A program made the translations under genes and the position numbers. 64,000 nt of DNA, from NCBI GenBank assembly GCA_963744055.1, contig CAVUSL010000015.1, positions 5,880 to 69,879 of the forward strand. Direction: 5' to 3'. Positions 17,865 through 25,806 of this stretch are shown here, piece by piece (within the stretch, counting starts at the first letter, position 1; each line of letters starts with the position of its first letter). Source of the DNA: an uncultured Acidobacteriota bacterium. Lineage in GTDB: Bacteria > Acidobacteriota > Terriglobia > Terriglobales > Acidobacteriaceae. The notes beneath the pieces were generated by a model that worked only from the letters and a program-made list of their open reading frames with translations, searched no databases and was not told the DNA's origin.

Positions 17865-17991
17865 GGTGCCCCAGGTTCGCGCGTTCTATGCGCTAACGTG
17901 GGCATCCACGGTGGCTCGAACCGGCATGGTGCACGCGGTGGTGGTGAACCCAGGTTAGCGCCCACAGAACGGGCGCGAACCTGGGGCACCG
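17865..17991. repeat. Inverted doublet (REPIN-like) of family E repeats forming a ~125-nt imperfect hairpin
   Basis: The outer 18-bp arms ggtgccccaggttcgcgc / gcgcgaacctggggcacc are perfect. Inner arms gcgctaac(g/c)tggg are also present. Confidence 0.75.
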
Positions 17992-18024
17992 GACCCGCGG
18001 GCGTGGTAGCATTTCTGCATCTCG

Positions 18025-20007
18025 ATGCCTTTGCGTCGCACCGTGTCTCGTCTTTCGCACTTTCGAGTTCTTGGCGCTTCCCTTCTCTTTCTGACTGTTT
18101 GTTCCACCTCTCTGCACGCGGCCGAGCCGCAGTGGCAGGAGTATCGTTCCGCGCATTTCACCGTGGTCACCGACGCGGGCGATAAAAAGGGGCGCGAGGT
18201 CGTGTTGCGCTTTGAGCAGATGCGTGCGGTGTTTGCCGAGCTGCTGGCTCGCAAGAAGGTCGTCATGCCCGTGCCGCTTACGATCTTTGCGCTCAAGGAC
18301 GACAAGCGCTTTTTCCAGATGGCGCCCCTGCACAATGGCCAGCCGCTCACCGTACCCGGTTTTTTTCTGCCTGGCGAAGATCACCAGTTCATCGTGCTGA
18401 ACATGTTCGAGGAGGAACCCTGGCGGGCGGTCGCCCACGACTTCGCCCACCTGATGCTGAATTACAACTATCCGCCGACCCAGGGATGGTTCGACGAAGG
18501 CTTTGCGGAGTACTTCTCGTCGATCAAGCTTGATAACAAAACGGTGGAAATGGGGAGCGATCCGGAACTGGCGTCGGCTTACTCCGCAGACCTGCTGGGC
18601 AACCAGACTGAGACGCGTACTCCCCCGAAGTCTTTGACCGAGCTGCTGAGTTCTTGGGTATGGCTGTCGCTTCCGGATCTGTTCACGATGAAGCACGATA
18701 CGTCGAAATATCAGGAGGGGACGCATCGCACGTTGTTCTACGCGCAGTCGTGGATGACGATGCACTACCTGCTCAACAAAGACAAGCTCAGCGAGACGGG
18801 TACTTATTTCGGCCTGGTGCAGCTTCAACATATGCCAGTCGAAGAAGCGATCCAGCAGGCGTATGGCATGACGCCCACTCAGCTGGACAAGACCGTTAAA
18901 GACTACTTCCATTCTCTTACGCAGCTTTTTCAGAATCAGGACGCGGCGCGGCAACCCGGCGCGACCACGACTGCCGCGGGAATCTACCGCACTGCGGTTC
19001 CCCTCGGGCCGGACGATATCGCCATCAACTTCAAACCGGTCACGGAAACGGATGCCGATGCCCAGCTTGCCGAGGTGATGGTACGCATTCCAGAGCGGCG
19101 CGAGCAGGGACTCCGCGAGATCGACCGGATCCTGAAGCTGGCTGACAAGAATGGCCAGCTCATCGACAACGAGGTGGCACATCGCGCGCTCGCATGGGTA
19201 CATCTCGACAAAAAGGAATTCACGGAAGTAGCGGAGGAGTTGGGCAATGCCGCGGCACTAGATCCGCACGACGTCTGGAACCGGTATTACCTGGCGCTGC
19301 TGAAGTACCGTACAGCGCAAACGAATCACGAAGAGACGTCCGGGCTCGCGAATATGATGATCGACCTGAAGGCGACAATCGATTGGTATCCGGACTTTGC
19401 TGAAGCCTTTAACATGCTGGCAATGGCACGTATCGAGGGCGGCGGAGCCGCTTCGGCGCTGGAAGCGATGAAGCAGGCGATCGTACTCAGCCCGCGCAAC
19501 GAGCAGTATGCGTTGAATATGGGGAAGGTTCAGGAAGCTTCAAAGAAATGGACCGCCGCTGAGGAAACATTCGAGCGGCTGAAATCAAGCAACAATCCGC
19601 AGATCGCCGCTGCAGCGAAGCATGAACTCGAGGAGTTGCCTACGTTCCGCAAGTACGGAGTTTCTCCCAGCGCACCCAAGCGCAGCGCACAGGCGTCGCC
19701 CTTCGATGAATTGGAGCAGGAGGCGCAAAAACGCGCGCAGGCTCCCGATCCGACAGTTCCGGATAAGCGCCCGACCGTGTTCAGCAAAGGGATCCTCACC
19801 AGCGTGGACTGCTCAAAGGCTCCGGCGGCAACGGTGATGGTGAACACCGGTACGCGATCAATCAAGCTGCACACGGGGAACTACAAGGCGCTGCTGGTGA
19901 TCGGGGAAGATCAGTTCTCGTGCGAGTGGAGAAATCGAAAAGTGGCCGTGAACTACAAGGCCGGTAGCGCGGGAGATGGGGATCTGGTTTCGCTGGAAGT
20001 GCAGTAA
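18025..20007 (+). CDS. Secreted protein with a peptidase-MA-like (DUF1570-like) domain, TPR-like repeats and a C-terminal beta domain
   Basis: 660-aa ORF with a signal peptide (LLFLTVCSTSLHA). The motif AHDFAHL...WFDEGFAEYF resembles HExxH...W..EG.AEY but has Asp in place of the catalytic Glu. The central region is helical-repeat. Confidence 0.55.
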   Translation: MPLRRTVSRLSHFRVLGASLLFLTVCSTSLHAAEPQWQEYRSAHFTVVTDAGDKKGREVVLRFEQMRAVFAELLARKKVVMPVPLTIFALKDDKRFFQMAPLHNGQPLTVPGFFLPGEDHQFIVLNMFEEEPWRAVAHDFAHLMLNYNYPPTQGWFDEGFAEYFSSIKLDNKTVEMGSDPELASAYSADLLGNQTETRTPPKSLTELLSSWVWLSLPDLFTMKHDTSKYQEGTHRTLFYAQSWMTMHYLLNKDKLSETGTYFGLVQLQHMPVEEAIQQAYGMTPTQLDKTVKDYFHSLTQLFQNQDAARQPGATTTAAGIYRTAVPLGPDDIAINFKPVTETDADAQLAEVMVRIPERREQGLREIDRILKLADKNGQLIDNEVAHRALAWVHLDKKEFTEVAEELGNAAALDPHDVWNRYYLALLKYRTAQTNHEETSGLANMMIDLKATIDWYPDFAEAFNMLAMARIEGGGAASALEAMKQAIVLSPRNEQYALNMGKVQEASKKWTAAEETFERLKSSNNPQIAAAAKHELEELPTFRKYGVSPSAPKRSAQASPFDELEQEAQKRAQAPDPTVPDKRPTVFSKGILTSVDCSKAPAATVMVNTGTRSIKLHTGNYKALLVIGEDQFSCEWRNRKVAVNYKAGSAGDGDLVSLEVQ

Positions 20008-20311
20008 ATCAAGCCAACCTCCCTCGAGGAAGTTGGGTGCTGGCGAATTTCACCCCTGAAACGAGCTGGCCAGTGCGCCCGTTAAGAAGCAAGAGAAGTA
20101 ACCACCCCTGCAAACCCCTGAATCTTTGATTGTTGTGCGAATTGGGGGTTCGGCGAAACTTATTTTTTCCTACCGTGTTCAGCAACCGTAGAGCCCAACG
20201 AGGCGGACGCTCCTAGCAGGAGGCGCGTCGCCACGACCACGAGCACGACCGCCACTGAACCGCTGCTTTTCGAAGTGCTCGACGAAGGAAGAACGAACCC
20301 CCGGTTGCTTT

Positions 20312-22114
20312 ATGCGTACATGGTACTGGGTAATTACCGTTTCATTGCTACTCACATTGGGCGCGAGCGCCCAGCAGTCGGCAAACTCGTCTTCATCCCC
20401 GGTAACGGAGCAGAGGCCAGAATCGACCGCACCTGGCCCAACTTTCTCGCGCCGGCAAATCGAGCCCCCATCGGCGAATGCTTCGCCACAGTGGGTAGTA
20501 CCATCCGCCAGCATCGCGGTATCGTCCACGATGGACGAAGTGGTGGACCGCGCGATCGGGCGGGAACACGCCCTGATGGACATGCTGAAGACGCGCACTC
20601 CGCTGGTTGAGACGTATCTGCAAAATCTGAAGTTCGACCCGAAAGTTGGTCCGGCACCGGTGCAAGACCATTACTTTCTCGGTCGCATGGATCTGGGCGA
20701 GCGCATAGATCGCCGTGACTATCTTTCCGAAGGCACCAGCTTTGAGAGCCACCTGTTGGGCGGCTTTACCAGGTTGTTTAGGTTCGAATACAAACCGTTG
20801 GGTTTCTCATGGATGATCTACGCGGACCGCGACGACTTCAATCGCCAAACTTACGATTTCAAGTACGTGCGCCGCGAGTTCCTCGGTGATGTCCGCTGTA
20901 TCGTCTTCGATTTGTCCCCTAAACAAGGCACCGGTAAAGGCCGCTTCCGTGGACGAATCTGGGTAGAAGACCAGAATTACAACATTGTTCGACTGAATGG
21001 CTTTTATGAGCCGCGCCCCCGCAACGCTTACTTCTTCCACATGGATAGCTGGCGCTTGAACCTGATCCCGGGCTACTGGGTACCGGCCTACGTCTACAGC
21101 GAGGAGGGAGATTTCAGCAACCACGTGAAGGACAACATTACATTCAAGGCTCAGACGCGTCTCTGGGGTTATGACCTCAAAGAGGACGCCCAGAGCAGCG
21201 AATTGACGCAGCTGACGGTGGACTCCACGGTGAAGGACGAAAGTCTGGCGACGCAGGATGCTTCTCCGCTGCAAGCGCAGTGGCGATGGCAGCAGCAGGC
21301 AGGAGACAACGTGATCGAGCGGCTACAGAATGCTGGCCTGCTTGCTCCCCAGGGCGAAGTGGACAAGGTGCTGGAGACCGTTGTTAACAATTTGCTGATC
21401 ACCAACAAGATTGAATTACCGGGCCCGGTACACGCCCGTGTGATGCTGACTTTGCCCCTCGAGACGTTCAGCGCGGGCAACACCATCGTGGTAAGCCGCG
21501 GCCTTATTGAGGTGCTCCCTGACGAAGCCAGCCTGGCCATGGTGCTTTCGCGCGAACTGGCCCACATCATCCTGGGTCACAACATGGGCGGCAAGTACGC
21601 CTTCTCCGATCGCATGTTGTTCTCGGATGAATCCAGCTACCAGAACCTGGGCTTCCGCCACGATCCCGAGGAGGAAACTGCAGCCGACGAGAAGGCTATC
21701 GAGCTGCTGCAGAATTCACCGTACGCCCAGAAGTTGAGTACGCCAGGACTGTTCCTGCGCGAGTTGGCGGCGCGGAGCCCGGCGCTGTCCGCGCTCCTGA
21801 CTCCACACCTGGGCACTGGCTTCGCCGACCGTAAAGGGGGCATGAATCGCATGGTGGCGTTGATGAACTCTGCTCCGGCTCTCGATCCCGACAAACTGGA
21901 CCAGATTGCAGCCCTGCCTTTGGGCGGCCGCGTCAAGCTCAATGCCTGGGATGACCATGTGGAATTGATCAAGACCATGCCGCTGGCCATCACGTCGGCG
22001 CGCTATAAGATGCCGCTGGAAGTGACGCCATCTTTTCCTGCGCTTTCCCGCTCCGGAGCACCCGTCAACCCGAACACTACAGCGAACGCCGCACACCCAG
22101 CCCCAAGCAATTAG
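20312..22114 (+). CDS. Secreted two-domain protein: LolA-like lipoprotein-sorting fold plus an M48-like peptidase domain with an altered zinc motif
   Basis: 600-aa ORF with a signal peptide (VITVSLLLTLGASA). The segment RCIVFDLSPKQGTGKGRFRGRIWVEDQNYNIVRL parallels the 32834..33682 protein. In the C-terminal half, LSRELAHIILGH aligns to the HELAHI of M48 peptidases with the first His replaced by Arg. Confidence 0.55.
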   Translation: MRTWYWVITVSLLLTLGASAQQSANSSSSPVTEQRPESTAPGPTFSRRQIEPPSANASPQWVVPSASIAVSSTMDEVVDRAIGREHALMDMLKTRTPLVETYLQNLKFDPKVGPAPVQDHYFLGRMDLGERIDRRDYLSEGTSFESHLLGGFTRLFRFEYKPLGFSWMIYADRDDFNRQTYDFKYVRREFLGDVRCIVFDLSPKQGTGKGRFRGRIWVEDQNYNIVRLNGFYEPRPRNAYFFHMDSWRLNLIPGYWVPAYVYSEEGDFSNHVKDNITFKAQTRLWGYDLKEDAQSSELTQLTVDSTVKDESLATQDASPLQAQWRWQQQAGDNVIERLQNAGLLAPQGEVDKVLETVVNNLLITNKIELPGPVHARVMLTLPLETFSAGNTIVVSRGLIEVLPDEASLAMVLSRELAHIILGHNMGGKYAFSDRMLFSDESSYQNLGFRHDPEEETAADEKAIELLQNSPYAQKLSTPGLFLRELAARSPALSALLTPHLGTGFADRKGGMNRMVALMNSAPALDPDKLDQIAALPLGGRVKLNAWDDHVELIKTMPLAITSARYKMPLEVTPSFPALSRSGAPVNPNTTANAAHPAPSN

Positions 22115-22303
22115 GAAGGAAAATGGCGTTTGGAAGTTCTTGCATCGTTTACGCCGATCGCTTCTTGAAAAAGAAAGCACAGCCACTGCCAAGGCAGTCG
22201 CAGTGAGCCCTAGTGCAGAACCATCATTTCACTCAGGTACCTCCGTAACCCGCGCTTACGAATTAGCTTAGGTCCTGCCCCCCACCCCACCAATACTTGT
22301 GAT

Positions 22304-23197
22304 ATGCGAAACCTCTGTATAGTCTTCGCGCTGCTCAGCACCTGCGTCGCAGTCACATTCGGTCAGGACAATCGCGTCTTCGATTGGACTCCCGCCAACA
22401 GCGAAACTATCCCTATGGAGCCGGCAAGCCTCAACGCCGGTCGGGTGTACCATCCGGCTGCCGGGGGCGGCAACATGCACATCCGGATCGAAGCCCGCTA
22501 TCCCGTGACCGTTGCCATGGCCTGGGCCGATGAGTGGAACCATGCAATGCAGCACCCCGACGCTCCCGGGAACTTCAGTTTCATCTGCGTCCAGGAGCAC
22601 GTAGTCAGCACGACTTACGAATGTCATCTGCCTTCCGAGCGCCCGATGATCCTCACCTTTCACGATGAGCGCAAGCCGGAAAAGCCTGTCATCTCGACCA
22701 TCGGCGCCATCCTCGGACCTGGTGTCCGTCAATTTATTTCGCCCAACGACCTCCACATCCAGTACTACGCGTGGAATTGCGTGGACAATTGCATTCTGCC
22801 GGAGTTCCACTGGCGGCGGATCGTGAATGAAAAATACGACGTCACGCAGGCGCCCAAAGTCTATAGCCTGATGACTCCCGACCACGACGGCCAGGAACTG
22901 AGCCTGAAGATTAAGTCTTCCATTCCGCTCACGGTCGCCATTCTTCCTTCGCACCTCGCGAATCAGTTCTACGACCGCACAATCTCGCTAACTGACGCCC
23001 TCGACGGAACCGAATGCAAGGAACGCGGTGTGCAGAAACTCGGCTTCAACTGCACCTTCAACGTGGCGAACGGCCCGCAGACCCTCCTGGTCCTGCCCGA
23101 CATCAATTTCTCCGGCCACAAGAAAGCCGAAGTCGAGATCGAGACCGTGAAGTGTGTCGAGCACTGCGAACTCCTACAACCGCCACCGAATCCATAG
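22304..23197 (+). CDS. Secreted hypothetical protein, Cys-containing
   Basis: 297-aa ORF with a signal peptide (IVFALLSTCVAVTFG) and coding-like composition. The overlapping minus ORF 22268..22954 looks like an antisense artefact. Confidence 0.55.
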   Translation: MRNLCIVFALLSTCVAVTFGQDNRVFDWTPANSETIPMEPASLNAGRVYHPAAGGGNMHIRIEARYPVTVAMAWADEWNHAMQHPDAPGNFSFICVQEHVVSTTYECHLPSERPMILTFHDERKPEKPVISTIGAILGPGVRQFISPNDLHIQYYAWNCVDNCILPEFHWRRIVNEKYDVTQAPKVYSLMTPDHDGQELSLKIKSSIPLTVAILPSHLANQFYDRTISLTDALDGTECKERGVQKLGFNCTFNVANGPQTLLVLPDINFSGHKKAEVEIETVKCVEHCELLQPPPNP

Positions 23198-23513
23198 AAA
23201 GCGGGGTGCCGGAGCGCGATCGCCCGCACATCTTGTTTGCCAAGGCGGTCACTATGCGGTTGCTTCTTTACCTCTGCTTTTCTGGCGATTGCGCGGAATT
23301 TTACTTCGCAATTCTGCATCACTAGCTTGGTGTGCCCCACGTCTCGTCTCGCCCTTTCAGAATTTCTTAGCTAGCTTATTGCAGTGCTCGTGATTACCGG
23401 GCGGTCCCCAATCTCTGGTGCTTCAAAGGGACGCCTTCGAGCAATCAGTCGGAAATCATTCGCGCGATTTCAATTTGTTCCCTAATAGCGGTGAATGTTG
23501 GAGTGCTGCGACC

Positions 23514-23546
23514 AAAGGAAAACCCTCCCGGGGGAAGCCGGGAGGG
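23514..23546 (-). terminator. Intrinsic terminator of the cold-shock gene
   Basis: On the minus strand: CCCTCCCGG-cttccc-CCGGGAGGG followed by TTTTCCTTT, 22 nt after the stop codon. Confidence 0.8.
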
Positions 23547-23567
23547 TGGGGAATTTGCAGGAGCAGG

Positions 23568-23771
23568 TTAGAGACGAGTAACGTTCGCCGCCTGGAAGCC
23601 TTTGGGGCCTTTCAGCAAATCGAACTCTACGGTTTCACCTTCATTCAGCGTGCGATATCCGTTCTCTTGGATTGCGGAGAAATGGACGAACACGTCCTCG
23701 CCAGTGGAGCGCTGGATAAATCCATAACCCTTGGCTCCGTTAAACCACTTTACAGTTCCCTTCTCTCTCAC
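23568..23771 (-). CDS. Cold-shock protein (CspA family)
   Basis: [15 protein letters not shown] and DVFVHFSAI are the RNP1/RNP2 motifs. I trimmed the start to the GTG at 23771, which is preceded by GAAAGGAG at 7-nt spacing. Confidence 0.9.
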   Translation of the reverse strand: MREKGTVKWFNGAKGYGFIQRSTGEDVFVHFSAIQENGYRTLNEGETVEFDLLKGPKGFQAANVTRL

Positions 23772-24216
23772 AGAGAAACTCCTTTCGCCTAATCGCGAAG
23801 AATTCATCTCTCCACACCGCCCCGTATGAAGCCTTCGGAAAATTCCCGACGGCCCCCCTCAAGCAATGAGAAGAGACAAGGTCGCGTTACCGCCGACAGT
23901 TGAAATTCTCAGCAGACGAAAAAAACTCGCGAACTCGATAACAGCAGACAAGCTGCTGCATCGGTTCGAGAGCTCGCGATCGCCAGCGCGAAATTTCGAC
24001 TACCTAACACAGAAACGTCAACCCAATTGGCCGATTTGCCTGCCCTGTTCCGGCAGTGCGCCCCGAATAATATTCAGGTCGCCTGTTCTTGGCAAGGAAA
24101 GAAATTGAAGCAACTCGCTTAGACTCAGGAGCTTGGCTATGCACCGTACAGTTCAGACGTGACTTGCGGTCAGCGCAGGTCTTAGTCCTTCCGGAAGGCG
24201 ATGCCTGCGAGCGCCT

Positions 24217-25116
24217 TTGATACGATCAGACTTCCTGGTGTCCAGCCCCACAACAGCCACGGTTCCCGCGCCCGCCGAGTCCGTACAGGTTCGTTCGCCC
24301 CGGCCATCCTCCACGCTGAGCCTCGTGCTTTCCACCATCCGCTACCTGATGCGTACGGAAGTGCATACCTTCGCATTCTCCGTGGCCGCCAACGCGATTT
24401 TGTCGTTCTTCCCTTTCGTTGTTTTGCTGATGACGCTGATCCGGAGGGTATTCCGGTCGCCTAGCATGTACGAGGTCGTGCTGCAGATGCTGCGGGAGTA
24501 CATCCCTGCCGGGCAGGACTTCGTCATCCGCAACTTGAATGCGATGGCGAGCGCTCGACATCCCGCGCAGGTGGCGTCACTGGTGATCCTACTCGTCACC
24601 TCCAGCGGAATCTTCCTGCCTCTCGAAGTCGCGTTGAACCGGATCTGGGGGTTCGAGGAGAACCGGTCGTACCTGGGGAACCAGGTGATCTCGTTAGGGC
24701 TGGCGTTCTGGTGCGGCGTGCTGGCCATGATCTCGATCGGCATGACGGCCGGGAATGTCGCGCTGATGGAATTCCTGTTGCGCGGCCATGGGACGTTCTT
24801 CGTGCGCATGGTGGGATTCCTGCTGATGAAAGTGTTCGCCATCGCGGCAAGCATTGCGATCTTTTTCCTGGTGTACTGGGCGCTCCCGAATGGAAGGGTG
24901 CCAGTCCGCTCAGTGCTTCCCACTGCCCTGGTCATGGGACTGCTCTTTGAGGCACTGAAATACGCTTACATCCTCGCGCTGCCCTGGTTGAATTTTGCGG
25001 AAGTGTACGGTCCCTTTTCGCTTTCGGTGACCCTGATGTTCTGGGCTTTCTTATCGGGACTGTTGCTTCTGACCGGCGCACATTTGTCTGCGTATCGCCA
25101 CGTGCAAGGAAAGTAG
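24217..25116 (+). CDS. YihY/BrkB family inner-membrane protein
   Basis: 299-aa polytopic ORF with the N-terminal pattern FAFSVAANAILSFFPFVVLL typical of the YihY family. The exact start is uncertain. Confidence 0.75.
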   Translation: MIRSDFLVSSPTTATVPAPAESVQVRSPRPSSTLSLVLSTIRYLMRTEVHTFAFSVAANAILSFFPFVVLLMTLIRRVFRSPSMYEVVLQMLREYIPAGQDFVIRNLNAMASARHPAQVASLVILLVTSSGIFLPLEVALNRIWGFEENRSYLGNQVISLGLAFWCGVLAMISIGMTAGNVALMEFLLRGHGTFFVRMVGFLLMKVFAIAASIAIFFLVYWALPNGRVPVRSVLPTALVMGLLFEALKYAYILALPWLNFAEVYGPFSLSVTLMFWAFLSGLLLLTGAHLSAYRHVQGK

Positions 25117-25253
25117 CTCAGCATCCCCAGATAGATGATCCACGTGTCACCTTTCTATGTGACAGCCGACACGGTTGCCGTCATCGAATACGCTTAGGCT
25201 TTTGCTTTCCCGCTCTGCTTTTCCTTCCGAGCAGCACACGAACTCCATGGCAG

Positions 25254-25802
25254 GTGCATATGCATTGGACCTTCCCCAGGTGTCTGCTTGTCTTCGTCTT
25301 GCTGAGTTCCATTACCACGTCTGCACAAACGCGAACGGCGATTCCCGTCCGCATGGTGCCTGTCGACCTCGGCGCAATCACGAAGCGGGCGGGCACGATT
25401 TTTGCCGGCACGATCCTCAAGGTAGAACCCGTGCGCGTCGCCTCTTCAAATGATCTGGCCAGTGTGCAAATCACGTGCGCGGTCGAGCACGGGGTCCGCG
25501 GAGTGCGGGACGGCCAAGTCCTGAGTTTCCGCGAGTGGGCAGGCTTGTGGACGGCTGGATCCCGCTACCGGATCGGCCAGCGGTTGATGCTTTTTCTGTA
25601 CGCGCCCAGTGCGCTCGGCCTGACCAGCCCGGTCGGCGGACGCCTTGGGCAGTTTGCAGTCGACCGAGATGGCCGCGTCGTGCTTTCTCCCGGGCAACAA
25701 CAAGCCATTCGGGTGCTGCCGAAGCCTGTGCGCTTCGACATCCACCGACCTATTCCGGTCTGGGAATTCACGCGTGCTGTACGGCGTATGCAGGAGGAAT
25801 GA
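25254..25802 (+). CDS. Secreted hypothetical protein, immediately upstream of the giant surface protein
   Basis: 182-aa ORF with a GTG start and a signal peptide (CLLVFVLLSSITTSAQT). Its stop lies within the GGAGGAATGA region that also serves as the SD for the next gene. Confidence 0.5.
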   Translation: MHMHWTFPRCLLVFVLLSSITTSAQTRTAIPVRMVPVDLGAITKRAGTIFAGTILKVEPVRVASSNDLASVQITCAVEHGVRGVRDGQVLSFREWAGLWTAGSRYRIGQRLMLFLYAPSALGLTSPVGGRLGQFAVDRDGRVVLSPGQQQAIRVLPKPVRFDIHRPIPVWEFTRAVRRMQEE

Positions 25803-25806
25803 AGTT

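Noticed and set aside
17893-19203. A 436-aa minus-strand ORF, among the longest in the track that I did not call.
   Set aside because: It is fully antisense to the 18025..20007 gene, which has a signal peptide and recognisable motifs. The product is Arg/Leu/His/Val-rich with no motifs, typical of the mirror frame of a GC3-rich gene. The same reasoning applies to 41416..42474, 22268..22954, 30236..31063, 31740..32471, 33799..34347, 1175..1885 and 6793..7503.
25645-25806. An upstream 54-codon extension of the giant surface protein ORF, overlapping the 3' end of 25254..25802.
   Set aside because: The ATG at 25807 has a GGAGG SD and follows the stop of the upstream gene. The extension reads as out-of-frame text (Cys/Ser/Arg-rich).
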